A stretch of 32,000 nucleotides of DNA from Archaeoglobus fulgidus DSM 4304 (GTDB taxonomy: Archaea > Halobacteriota > Archaeoglobi > Archaeoglobales > Archaeoglobaceae): the NCBI RefSeq assembly GCF_000008665.1, contig NC_000917.1, forward strand, positions 180,001 through 212,000, given 5' to 3'. Numbering within the stretch: the stretch's first letter is position 1; every line of letters begins with the position of its first letter. The notes under the pieces are model-generated. The model ran no database searches. It saw nothing but the letters and a program-made list of their open reading frames with translations, and was not told the DNA's origin. Shown one piece after another: positions 9,412 through 18,804 of this stretch. The position numbers were made by a program, and so were the translations under genes.

Positions 9412-10125
9412 TCACTTTGCCAGAAGTCCGAGGAAGATCATCCTCTGAAAGAGTATGATTATCGGAAGGCTTATGCTCACGCCAAGAAGCTCGTCTCCAG
9501 CTCTGTAAACGCCGAAGGACTCGTAGCCTGAGATGAGGAGGAGCTCAAAGCGGTATCGGACCCCATCAATGACAGCATCGTTGAAAATGCCTGAAAACTC
9601 CTTTTTCAGCTCAAGGGTTTTTACGCTCAGGTCTGAAAATTTTTCAGCGTTATCGGTAACGACCGTAATATCCTCAGGACTCTTGATTTTTAGAATCATG
9701 TCGAGGTACACTCTCTTGGCGGTGATGACAAAAACCTCTTCACTTCTCTGGAGCATGGCCTTTGCTCTGTTCTTTATTCCTGCAAGACCTCTGACACACC
9801 ACACGGGGTGAAGGGTTGAGAAGTCCTCGGACTCCCTTATGCTTCTGATGGCTGTATCGACGGCGCTGACAAGCTGCTCCTTGTATTCCTCAAGAACGCT
9901 TTCAGGGTCTATCGCCCTGAAAACGGCTGGGGAGCTTTTTATCGTCTCAATCATCCCCCTGTCTTCAAGCGACCTGAGAACTTCGTAAACTTTGTTCCGC
10001 GGGACTCCGCTGACTCTGTGAATTTCGCTTGCCGTAGCCTCACCCCTCGTGGCGAGGGTTGCGTAAACTCTCGCCTCGTAATCCCTGAATCCGAGCCTTT
10101 TCAGAACCTCTATTATTTCATCCAT
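9412..10125 (-). CDS. TrmB-family HTH transcriptional regulator
   Basis: MDEIIEVLKRLGFRDYEARVYATLATRGEATASEIHRVSGVPRNKVYEVLRSLEDRGMIE is a TrmB wHTH. The ATG at 10125 is preferred over the 10191 start because TATA and an operator-like palindrome lie just upstream. Confidence 0.85.
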   Translation of the reverse strand: MDEIIEVLKRLGFRDYEARVYATLATRGEATASEIHRVSGVPRNKVYEVLRSLEDRGMIETIKSSPAVFRAIDPESVLEEYKEQLVSAVDTAIRSIRESEDFSTLHPVWCVRGLAGIKNRAKAMLQRSEEVFVITAKRVYLDMILKIKSPEDITVVTDNAEKFSDLSVKTLELKKEFSGIFNDAVIDGVRYRFELLLISGYESFGVYRAGDELLGVSISLPIIILFQRMIFLGLLAK

Positions 10126-10145
10126 TGTTACTACGAAGGTAACAA
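10125..10145. promoter_or_regulatory. Candidate operator palindrome TTGTTAC-N7-GTAACAA
   Basis: Perfect 7-bp inverted repeat (10125-10131 / 10139-10145) between the TATA box and start codon of the TrmB-like gene. Confidence 0.6.
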
Positions 10146-10148
10146 CAA

Positions 10149-10160
10149 AATTATAAACTT
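10149..10160. promoter_or_regulatory. TATA-box region possibly shared by divergent genes (regulator and COG1361-type gene)
   Basis: TTATAA at 10151-10156, about 25-29 nt from both flanking start codons (10125 minus, 10179 plus). Confidence 0.5.
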
Positions 10161-10178
10161 TTTTGATTTCAATGAGAC

Positions 10179-12209
10179 ATGCGTGCGCCATTACTCGCGA
10201 CAGCCGTCGCGTTCCTTCTCATCTATCCCGCGGTGGCCCAAGAAATTTCAGCAAGTATCGATTTTCACGCAAGCGTTGCCGGAAGCAATGTTCTGCATCC
10301 CGGGGATAAGAAGGCTATAACAATCGTTCTCAGTTGCGAGGTAGTAGGGTGGTTGGATAATCCTCTTCCAATTAACGAAAACACCTCAAACATACTACCA
10401 ATGCTTACAACTGCAAAATCAGTCATTCTTGAACCCAGAAACTCCCAGATCGAAGTGGAAAGCGAGAGTATTCTCGTAGGAGATGTACCATGTGGCAGAG
10501 CAATACCTGTTAGCGTCGTTGTTAGCGTTGATAAGGACATCTACGAGGGAAAGCGCGCCCTATATTTCGACATCACTTACTCGAAAGCGAAAATGGTTCC
10601 TGTGGGGAATAACTACACAATAAACTTTGAAACTGGTCTGGAGACTTCAGTTGATGTGGAATTTGAAGTGAAGAAAAAGGACTATGATTTCGATGTAATC
10701 TCAATCACATCAGACCTCGTCGCAGGAAGGGAGGGGGTTTTGAAAGTTAAGCTGGAAAACACCGGTGAGAAGGCCTTGGAGGATGCAATCTTCATTTTAA
10801 ACGCAACACCACCTCTGATGGTCGAGCCGAAGGCGATGAGCGTTTATGCCGGTAATCTCGATGCTGGGGAGTCCTTTGAGGCGATGTTCAAGGTTTACGT
10901 TCCGGAAGGTGTTTTCCAGCAGTCCTATCCTGCAGAAGTTGTGGCAGTTTTTCGAACATCTTCCGGAATGCCGTACAAGCTCTCAAAGCCCATCGGCCTG
11001 AAAATTGAGGGTGCAGGTTATTTCGAGGTCGAGAAGATTGGAGAGTTTCTAAGTCCTGCCAAAACCTTAAGAGTTGAGCAGAGCGTCCAGATTCCATCAA
11101 TTCCGTTGCTTCAGCAGCAGAGTTCGGAGCAGAAAATGAGCAACGTCGTGACAATTCCTTCAAGAGGCTACCTTGCGTTGAGAATAACCAACACCGGCGA
11201 TGAGATCAGGGATGCCTTTGCAGTCCTGAGCTTCGACAATCCTCTTTTGAAGTCCACCAGCACACCCTACCTCGGAGAGGTGAAGAGGGGGGAGAGCAGG
11301 GATGTTGTGTTCTACATCACCTCCTCCGCCCCACCGGGAAGCTACCTCGGCTACGTGGTTGTGAAATACCGGGATGAGTACGGGGATGAGGCATTCGGCC
11401 CGAAAATTTACGTAAGCGTTAACGTCAGCCCCGCTCCCGCTCTGAAAGTTTCAAAGGTCGAGACGTCGAATCTCGGCATCGGTCTCGTTGGAGAGGTGAA
11501 GCTCAGCTTTGCTCAGTCAGATGCTAGAAACGTAAAGCTCTACCTGCTCTCCCCAGACTCAACCGTCAGTCCAGTAACATCATCCTCCTACGTCGAAAGC
11601 TCCGGCGATACGGCAACGTTCAGAGTGAAAGTTTCAAACGACGCCGTTGCGGGAAATCATCTCCTTTACCTCGTCGAGACCTTTGACGATGATTTTGCGA
11701 GTGACCTTGTCAGCGTTGAGGAGTTTCCGATTTACGTCGCTCCAAAGCTCGCGGCGTTTCAGTTAGTGTCGGTTAGGAGTGATTTGAATCCCGATTCGAC
11801 AGGAGATGTGGTGGTTGAGCTCAAGAACGCCGGGAATGCTGAAATCTACAACGCGGTGGTCATGCTCGAGGTATCCCCGCCGCTCAGCATCGCAGGCACG
11901 GGAACTTTCGGCGGTATGCTCGGAGAATCACAGCCCGGTGAGTACTTCGTTGGAACGGTGAAGCCCGGAGATGTTGTTACCGCACGCTTCAGAGTTGATG
12001 TTGACAAGGATGCAGGCGAGGGAAGCTATCCAGCATCGATAAAGGTTAAGTACTACGACGAAAGCAACTACGAGCACACATCCAACTCCATTGTCGTATC
12101 CCTTGAAGTCAAGCCGTCTCCACCTTACATTCTTTACGCTGCGATTTGCATCGCTGCAATCGGTTTCATCATAGCCGCAGCATTCGTGAGGAAAAGAAGA
12201 AAGCAGTAA
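10179..12209 (+). CDS. Secreted, C-terminally membrane-anchored protein with COG1361/CARDB/NEW3-like Ig-type repeats (S-layer/cell-surface type)
   Basis: N-terminal signal sequence MRAPLLATAVAFLLIYPAVAQ, repeated VxLxNTGxxxxxDAxxxL modules, C-terminal TM plus RKRRKQ. Confidence 0.75.
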   Translation: MRAPLLATAVAFLLIYPAVAQEISASIDFHASVAGSNVLHPGDKKAITIVLSCEVVGWLDNPLPINENTSNILPMLTTAKSVILEPRNSQIEVESESILVGDVPCGRAIPVSVVVSVDKDIYEGKRALYFDITYSKAKMVPVGNNYTINFETGLETSVDVEFEVKKKDYDFDVISITSDLVAGREGVLKVKLENTGEKALEDAIFILNATPPLMVEPKAMSVYAGNLDAGESFEAMFKVYVPEGVFQQSYPAEVVAVFRTSSGMPYKLSKPIGLKIEGAGYFEVEKIGEFLSPAKTLRVEQSVQIPSIPLLQQQSSEQKMSNVVTIPSRGYLALRITNTGDEIRDAFAVLSFDNPLLKSTSTPYLGEVKRGESRDVVFYITSSAPPGSYLGYVVVKYRDEYGDEAFGPKIYVSVNVSPAPALKVSKVETSNLGIGLVGEVKLSFAQSDARNVKLYLLSPDSTVSPVTSSSYVESSGDTATFRVKVSNDAVAGNHLLYLVETFDDDFASDLVSVEEFPIYVAPKLAAFQLVSVRSDLNPDSTGDVVVELKNAGNAEIYNAVVMLEVSPPLSIAGTGTFGGMLGESQPGEYFVGTVKPGDVVTARFRVDVDKDAGEGSYPASIKVKYYDESNYEHTSNSIVVSLEVKPSPPYILYAAICIAAIGFIIAAAFVRKRRKQ

Positions 12210-12242
12210 AAACTTTTTTAACCTCCTCTTACAATTTTCCCC

Positions 12243-12572
12243 ATGCTTCCGATGAACCCAAAGCAGATGAAAAAGATGATGAAGCAGATGGGAATAGAAA
12301 TGGAGGAACTCGATGCCGAGGAGGTTATTATCAGAACGAGTGATGAGGAGCTCATTTTCCGCAACCCTAACGTTTCCAAGATTTCCGCGAGGGGAGTTGA
12401 GACGTTCCAGATTGTTGGGGAGTATGAGGTTGTAAAGAGGCCGCCGAAAATAAGCGAGGATGATATCAAGCTCATAATGGAGCAGGCCAACGTTGATGAA
12501 GAGACTGCAAGAAGGGCGCTTGAGGAGGCGGGAGGAGACCTGGCGGAAGCTCTTATGAAGCTGCAGGAATGA
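12243..12572 (+). CDS. nac: Nascent polypeptide-associated complex protein (archaeal NAC, with C-terminal UBA)
   Basis: MLPMNPKQMKKMMKQMGIEMEELDAEEVIIRT... plus UBA-like C terminus (DIKLIMEQANVDEETARRALEEAGGDLAEALMKL). Confidence 0.93.
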   Translation: MLPMNPKQMKKMMKQMGIEMEELDAEEVIIRTSDEELIFRNPNVSKISARGVETFQIVGEYEVVKRPPKISEDDIKLIMEQANVDEETARRALEEAGGDLAEALMKLQE

Positions 12573-13312
12573 AGCCTCCGGTTGTTTTAACTAGAGGGAA
12601 GTACAGCTTCCTGGTTGACAGGTTTGAAGGTAAGCTCCACACACATCACGGTATAATCAACCTTGAGGAGCTTAGGGGAAAGGACTACGGGGATGAGGTG
12701 AGGACGCACCTCGGTGTCAAGTACAGGATTGCCCCCTTCAACCCGGCAGATTTCTTCAGGCACTTCAAGAGAGGTGCAACTCCAATCATGCCCAAGGACA
12801 TAGGAGCGATAATTGCCTACACCGGCCTATCTCCGGACTCGCTGATTTTCGACGCCGGAACTGGGAGCGGAATTCTTGCTGCCTACCTCGCGTACTTCAA
12901 CAAGTACGGGGAGGTTGTGACCGTGGAGAAAAGGCCCGACTTTGCTAAAATTGCGAGGGAGAACTTCAGAACTGCAGGATTGAAGAACATTCACCAGATT
13001 GTTGGCGACGCTCTGGCTGTTGCGGACTCCCTTAAGGTTGAGTTTGACCTCATCACTCTCGACATGAAGGATGACGTTGCCTTCATTAGGAAGGCGAAAG
13101 AAATTCTGAAGCCGGGAGGGCATATCGTTGTTTACAACCCCTACATCGAGGCTGCGAGGGAAGTTTATCTGGAAATGGAAAGGCGCGGATTCAAGGAGCT
13201 CGAAGCGTTCGAGTTGCTTAGAGTGGACCTAGACATCAAAAGAGTTGGGACGAGAACCTCAACGAAGGTCTGGCACACAGGCTACCTCGTTTTTGGAAGG
13301 TATCTGGGATAG
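12569..13312 (+). CDS. trmI: tRNA (adenine-N1)-methyltransferase, TrmI family
   Basis: GVKYRIAPFNPADFFRHFKRGATPIMPKDIG...DAGTGSGILAAYLA. 4-nt overlap with nac. Confidence 0.88.
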   Translation: MKPPVVLTRGKYSFLVDRFEGKLHTHHGIINLEELRGKDYGDEVRTHLGVKYRIAPFNPADFFRHFKRGATPIMPKDIGAIIAYTGLSPDSLIFDAGTGSGILAAYLAYFNKYGEVVTVEKRPDFAKIARENFRTAGLKNIHQIVGDALAVADSLKVEFDLITLDMKDDVAFIRKAKEILKPGGHIVVYNPYIEAAREVYLEMERRGFKELEAFELLRVDLDIKRVGTRTSTKVWHTGYLVFGRYLG

Positions 13313-14415
13313 AGGAAGCGGAAAAGCGTTGGGGAAAGCAGGCACGATATTATAGTGAATGTCACCAATGCGGTGCTCTCGAACTCGGTAATAACTCCTG
13401 AGGAGACTCCGATTGCCACACCGGCGATTGTAAGGCTCAGCTTCGTGGACTGAAGCATACCCATCGAAATCGCCCTTCTCAAACCGAAGTTTGAGGCAAA
13501 AATCAGGGATGGAATTCCCTTAACTGCAACAGATACGGCAAGCAGAAGGAGAATGAAACCAATCCCCTCTCCGGCCTGCGTGATATTGAGCTCACTACCC
13601 GTTTTGATGAAGAAGATGGGGATGAAGAATCCAAAACCCATACCGTAGAGCTTGTCGTAGAGCTTCTTTCCGCCCCTGAAGGTTATCGAAAGCAGAACTC
13701 CCGCAAGGAAAGCTCCCAGAATTGCCTCAACTCCGAGGAGGGAGCTCAGGCCAACGAAGAGAATCATGATGGCCAGGCTCCCCCTCACTCCGATTTCAGA
13801 AGGCTCATCCGAGAACCACCTCGATATGAAGTCAGGAAAGTGCCATATCACCAGCTTACCGAAGCGGTAGGCTGCGAGGAAAACAAGAATTATCAGGAAG
13901 GCAAAGGCTACCTGCAGGTAGCCAGTTATGAAGTAAATGGAAAGCAGAAACATCGTAGAGAAATCGGAAACCAGAGCGGTTACTATGTTCAGCTGCCCGA
14001 AATCCTCCTTTTCCAGTCCAATTTCCCTCAGCACAGAGACTACAACACCCACCGCCACGTTTGTAAGGATGATAGCGTAAAAGAGGTTTAATCCCATTAG
14101 AGCTGTTAACGCGACGCTGAGAGCGAGTGAGAGGGCGAAGAACGCTACAACCCTCTTTAAATGGCCGCTCTTCAAAACCACATCTGCGTCAATCTCAAGC
14201 CCGGCAAGGAACATGAGAAAAATGAGGCCGAAAAGTGAGAGAAATGAAAGCCATTCGGAAGCGTAGATTACGTTAAGGAAGCTAACACCGAAAATCATGC
14301 CGAGCACGATCTCAAGAACAACTACCGGAACCCTTAGCTTGTCTGCGATTAAAGGGGAAATGAAGGCGGTTAGGGAGATTAAAGCGATGGTGGCGAACTG
14401 CTCTACCTCACTCAC
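13282..14415 (-). CDS. CPA2-family Na+/H+ (cation/proton) antiporter
   Basis: About 12 hydrophobic segments with FLMFLAGLEID and EAILGAFLAG motifs typical of Kef/NapA antiporters. Confidence 0.87.
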   Translation of the reverse strand: MSEVEQFATIALISLTAFISPLIADKLRVPVVVLEIVLGMIFGVSFLNVIYASEWLSFLSLFGLIFLMFLAGLEIDADVVLKSGHLKRVVAFFALSLALSVALTALMGLNLFYAIILTNVAVGVVVSVLREIGLEKEDFGQLNIVTALVSDFSTMFLLSIYFITGYLQVAFAFLIILVFLAAYRFGKLVIWHFPDFISRWFSDEPSEIGVRGSLAIMILFVGLSSLLGVEAILGAFLAGVLLSITFRGGKKLYDKLYGMGFGFFIPIFFIKTGSELNITQAGEGIGFILLLLAVSVAVKGIPSLIFASNFGLRRAISMGMLQSTKLSLTIAGVAIGVSSGVITEFESTALVTFTIISCLLSPTLFRFLYPRYLPKTR

Positions 14416-15581
14416 TCTACCACCAGAACGGAAGACTCCTTGTCGAGAATTATTTTCCAGAGAATGTCTCTGTCAATGTTCCCGATGTCATTGGAGAGGG
14501 AGAGAATGACGAGGTCGTAACCGCTCTTGAACTCCTTTACCGCATCAACCATGGGGTTTCCCCTTGAGACCTCCACTTCGAGGTCCGTTTCCGTAAACTT
14601 GGAGAAGTGCTTTATCTGCTCCTCGTCGAGGAAAAGGGCCTTCGCTTTGCCAAAAAACCTCGAGAAGGCCTTGGCCATGCTGATTATCGTGTCCGGGTTG
14701 GAGGTGTTAACAAGAGCGAGAATTCTCCTGTAGTCATCCCTTCCCGACAAAACCAGAGTTGGAAAGCTTGAAACAAGCTTTTTCAGAATTTCTTTGTTCT
14801 TCTCGGTCAAGGTCGTAGCGATCAGGTCAAGCTCGTCGCTCTTTTTAAGGATGTTGATAGCCTCCTCAAGCTCTACGCTCTCACCATAGCCTTCAAGAGC
14901 GCAGGCGTAAGCGCCACCGACTTTTTCAAAGGTAATCAGGTTCGCTCCGAACTTCTTGGCTACCATCTCAGCCTCTCTGATTTCCCCTTCACCCATGTCT
15001 CCTTTGAGCAGCAGAATGTTGTCGAAGGGATTTTTTGTGGTTCTCACCTGCTCGCCGCATACAAGCCCCAGCAAATCTCCCGCCTTCAGCTCAAGGTCCG
15101 GGAATGGCTGTAAGACTTTTCCATCACGGAAAACGGAGATGACCATGCAATCCTCGCCAGCATCGTATTCTTTCAGCGTCTTTCCCTCCATTTCAGCCTC
15201 AACTTGTATCTCAAAGTACCTGTTCTTCCTGAAAATGGTTGACAGCAGAGCTTCAACCGAGCCGCAAATTTTTGATACTCCTTCAACCTCGTAAAGCCAG
15301 CACTTGTCTTCATCTGCGGCAACAGCATAAACGTCAAGTCCCAGCAGCTTGGCGGTTTTTACAACCTTAATGTTGAAATCGTCGTTGTCTGCAAGAATTA
15401 TTTTCTCTCCCATGTCAAATCTCGCGAGAATTTCAGGATTGGAGGCGTCCCCGTTTAAAACGTTGAATCCCTTTTCCTTCAGCCTCTCGGCTGAGTCAGG
15501 GTCTCTGTCTATGATTATGCAGTCTGGTAGCTTTGAGGCTATCCTTGCTGCTCTGTCTCCGGTTGATACGACAATGTACAT
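14412..15581 (-). CDS. RCK/TrkA-N domain cation transport regulator (TrkA_N-TrkA_C plus a second nucleotide-binding-like domain)
   Basis: Rossmann-type N terminus (IIIDRDPDSAERLKEKGFNVLNGDASNPEIL) and TrkA_C (ELKAGDLLGLVCGEEQ-like). ATGA overlap with the antiporter gene. Confidence 0.85.
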   Translation of the reverse strand: MYIVVSTGDRAARIASKLPDCIIIDRDPDSAERLKEKGFNVLNGDASNPEILARFDMGEKIILADNDDFNIKVVKTAKLLGLDVYAVAADEDKCWLYEVEGVSKICGSVEALLSTIFRKNRYFEIQVEAEMEGKTLKEYDAGEDCMVISVFRDGKVLQPFPDLELKAGDLLGLVCGEQVRTTKNPFDNILLLKGDMGEGEIREAEMVAKKFGANLITFEKVGGAYACALEGYGESVELEEAINILKKSDELDLIATTLTEKNKEILKKLVSSFPTLVLSGRDDYRRILALVNTSNPDTIISMAKAFSRFFGKAKALFLDEEQIKHFSKFTETDLEVEVSRGNPMVDAVKEFKSGYDLVILSLSNDIGNIDRDILWKIILDKESSVLVVE

Positions 15582-17092
15582 CAGCTCTTTCTCCTCTTCA
15601 TCCTCAGGAGGTAGTTAACTGCATTGATGACCGCATCGATTGAGGCCATCACTATGTCCTGTGCCGCTCCTCTGGATGTGAACGAATGCCCTTCATCGTC
15701 TTCAACCGTTACGTAAACCTCAGCAAGAGCATCGCTGCCTCCAGTTATGGCGTCCATTCTGAATTCCGTGATTCTTATGCTCTCCCCAACCAGAGATGTA
15801 ACAGCCTTGAGGGAGGCGTCAACAGGCCCCACACCGATTGCTGAGGTGACCTTTCTGTGACCGAAAACCTCGGCGTTCAGAACTGCGGTTGGCGTGATTT
15901 TGTTGCCGGTCAAAACTGTAACCTCGTCAACGAGAATGGCCTTCTCTTCCCTCTTCAGTTCGCCTATGACCACTTCAGCTATGGCAAATAAATCCAGGTC
16001 TGTAACTCTCTTCCCCTTGTCCCCCATCTCCTTTACCTTCTCGAATATCTGGTTCAGCTTCTCGTCGTCAAGATGGTAGCCGGCCTCCTCAAGAATCTTC
16101 TTTATTTGATACCTCCCCGCATGCTTTCCTATGACGATTCTCCTTTTATGTCCGACCATCTCCGGCGTAACTACACCCGGCTCGAAGGTTGAGTACTCTT
16201 TCAGCACTCCGTGGGCGTGTATCCCGCTCTCGTGGCTGAATGCGTTCTCCCCCACAATCGGGTGGTTTGGTGGCATCTTAACTCCGGTGAGCCTCTCAAC
16301 GAGCTTTGAGGTCTCGAAGAGGTGCTCCGTTTTGATGTTCGTCTTTATCCCCTCGATTGCGTGGAGAATCATCACAACCTGCGCGAGGTCAGCGTTACCG
16401 GCCCTCTCCCCAATTCCGTTCACTGTCACCTGCACCTCATTGGCTCCGGCCATCACTGCCGCGTAGGTGTTCGCAACCGCCAGCCCGAAATCGTTGTGGC
16501 AGTGGACGTCTATCGGAACCTTGAGGTGCTCCCTCAGCTGCTTGATGAGCTCGTAAAACTTGAAGGGCGTCGCTACACCGACGGTGTCTGGAACATTCAC
16601 GATGTCAACTTTTGCATTTTCAACGGCCTTGAAAATCTGCTTGAGGTATTCAACCTCCGTCCTTGTCGCATCCATCGCGGAGAACATGCATTTTACGCCG
16701 TGAGATTTGATGTACTCAACGCATTCGACCGATTTTTCAATAATCTCTTCTTTCGACATCTTTACGGTGTGCTCTATCTGTATTCTGGAGGTGGGGACGA
16801 AAATGTGAACCATATCAACGTTAGCGTTAATGGCAGCATCAATATCCTCCTTAACGATTCTCGCAAGACCGCAAATTTCAGCATTAAGGCTGAGCGAGCT
16901 TATCTCCTTAACCGACTCGAACTCCCCCTTCGTTGCTGAAGGGAATCCGGCCTCGATAACATCCACGCCGAGCTTGTCGAGTTGCTTGGCTATTCTGATT
17001 TTGTATTCAAGGGGGAGCGAAACTCCGGGCATCTGCTCTCCATCTCTCAGGGTGGTGTCGAAAACTCTGATTGTCGTCATCACTGCTGACAT
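15581..17092 (-). CDS. leuA: 2-isopropylmalate synthase family protein (alpha-IPM / related citramalate synthase)
   Basis: VFDTTLRDGEQMPGVSL, HCHNDFGLAVANTYAAV, GIGERAGNADL, ESGIHAHGVLK, and a C-terminal LeuA dimer/allosteric domain. Start is 17092 or ATG 17080. Confidence 0.88.
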   Translation of the reverse strand: MSAVMTTIRVFDTTLRDGEQMPGVSLPLEYKIRIAKQLDKLGVDVIEAGFPSATKGEFESVKEISSLSLNAEICGLARIVKEDIDAAINANVDMVHIFVPTSRIQIEHTVKMSKEEIIEKSVECVEYIKSHGVKCMFSAMDATRTEVEYLKQIFKAVENAKVDIVNVPDTVGVATPFKFYELIKQLREHLKVPIDVHCHNDFGLAVANTYAAVMAGANEVQVTVNGIGERAGNADLAQVVMILHAIEGIKTNIKTEHLFETSKLVERLTGVKMPPNHPIVGENAFSHESGIHAHGVLKEYSTFEPGVVTPEMVGHKRRIVIGKHAGRYQIKKILEEAGYHLDDEKLNQIFEKVKEMGDKGKRVTDLDLFAIAEVVIGELKREEKAILVDEVTVLTGNKITPTAVLNAEVFGHRKVTSAIGVGPVDASLKAVTSLVGESIRITEFRMDAITGGSDALAEVYVTVEDDEGHSFTSRGAAQDIVMASIDAVINAVNYLLRMKRRKS

Positions 17093-17177
17093 TAGGCTAA
17101 GCTGTAAATCGTTTTCGGTGCCTTAGATAACAATTTATCGAAATAAATAAAATTCTCGGCAACTGCTACAAATCAAA

Positions 17178-17219
17178 TACGTATTCTTGTTGCAATTACT
17201 TGGATTTTACGTATTCTTG
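17178..17219. repeat. 12-bp direct repeat TACGTATTCTTG (two copies, 30-bp period) in the leuA/pycA divergent intergenic region
   Basis: Exact copies at 17178-17189 and 17208-17219. Confidence 0.85.
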
Positions 17220-17272
17220 CAGTTCTATTTGAAAAAAGGTTTTTAAATCGGTGGCTTTAGCCTTAAAACTGG

Positions 17273-18793
17273 ATGTTCAGCAAAATTCTTGTGGCAAACA
17301 GAGGGGAAATAGCCGTCAGGGTGATGAGGGCCTGCCGGGAGCTTGGAATTAAGACCGTCGGGGTTTACAGCTCTGCGGACAAAAGGGCCTTTCACAGGGT
17401 TTACGCTGACGAGTGCTACTACATCGGCAAAGCTGATCCAAGAGACAGCTATCTCAACATTGACAGAATCATTGAAGTTGCCAAGAAGTCTGGAGCGGAG
17501 GCAATTCACCCTGGCTACGGCTTTCTCGCGGAAAATGCCGAGTTTGCGGAAAGGTGCGAAGAGGAGGGAATCGTTTTCATCGGACCATCTCCTGAAGTTA
17601 TACGCATCGCCGGCTCGAAGGTGAGGTCGAGAGAGAGCATGCAGAGGGCTGGAGTTCCTGTCATTCCGGGCTCACCGAAAATTGATACCGTTGATGAGGC
17701 GAAGGAGTGGGCGGAGAAGATTGGATACCCCGTAGCGGTCAAAGCTTCTGGAGGTGGAGGCGGAATAGGCATTGTAGTTGTCAACAGTCAAGAAGAGCTT
17801 GAGGAAGCTTTCAGAAAGTCGAAAAAGCTCGGTGAGAGCTACTTCAAGGACTCCACCGTTTACCTCGAAAAGTATCTTGCGAGACCGAGGCACATAGAGG
17901 TTCAGATTCTTGCAGACCAGCACGGAAACGTCATCCATCTGGGCGAGAGGGAGTGCAGCATCCAGAGGAGGCACCAGAAGCTCATAGAGGAGGCTCCATC
18001 TCCAGCGTTGAACGAGGAAATGAGGGAGGAGCTCGGAAAGCTTGCGGTGAAGGGAGCGAGGGAAATCGGATACACAAACGCCGGAACCTTCGAGTTTCTT
18101 TACGAGAACGGAAACTTCTACTTCCTTGAAATAAACTCAAGGCTTCAGGTCGAGCACACAATAACTGAAGTTGTTACTGGCATTGACATCGTGAAGTATC
18201 AGATTCGCATCGCTTACGGTGAGGAACTCAGGCACGGACAGGAGGATGTAGCCATTAGGGGACACGCAATTGAGTGCAGAATAAATGCCGAGGACCCTGT
18301 AAACTTCTATCCGAGAAGCGGACGGATTTTGCACTACAGAAGCCCGGGAGGAATTGGGATAAGGGTTGACAGCGGAATCCACATGGGCTACAGGATTCCG
18401 GAGGAGTACGACAGCATGATTTCCAAGCTCATCGCCTACGGCGAGACGAGGGAGGAGGCCATTGCGAGGATGAAGAGGGCTCTCTACGAGTACATCATAG
18501 AGGGTGTGGAAACGAACATCCCCTTCCATTTCGCTGTGCTCAACGATGAGGAGTTTGTTAGGGGCAACATCCACACGAAGTTCGTGGAAGAGAGGAACAT
18601 TGCGGAGAAGGTAAAGGAGTACTTGAGGATTTTCAGGCCGATAAAGGCGAGGCTCGACGAGATATTCATGGAGAGCGAGTTTACATGGGAGGAAATATCC
18701 GCCATCGTAACTGCAATCGACGCATACGAGCAGGAACTGGAGCGCGGAATTGAAGAGAGAATCTGGCAGGCAATTTTCAGCCTGGGAGCCTGA
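17273..18793 (+). CDS. pycA: Pyruvate/acyl-CoA carboxylase biotin carboxylase subunit
   Basis: [29 protein letters not shown]...[11 protein letters not shown]...[27 protein letters not shown] centred about 27 nt before the ATG. Confidence 0.95.
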
Positions 18794-18804
18794 TTAAAAT
18801 TTTC

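Noticed and set aside
16322-16939. 205-aa ORF antisense to leuA (and 16131..16466)
   Set aside because: Shadow ORFs of a conserved gene, with no recognisable motif.
17093-17150. Possible leucine-type leader peptide upstream of leuA (TTG TTA TCT AAG ... TAA)
   Set aside because: Only two to three Leu codons, a TTG start upstream of the predicted TSS (about 17120), and no supporting stems.
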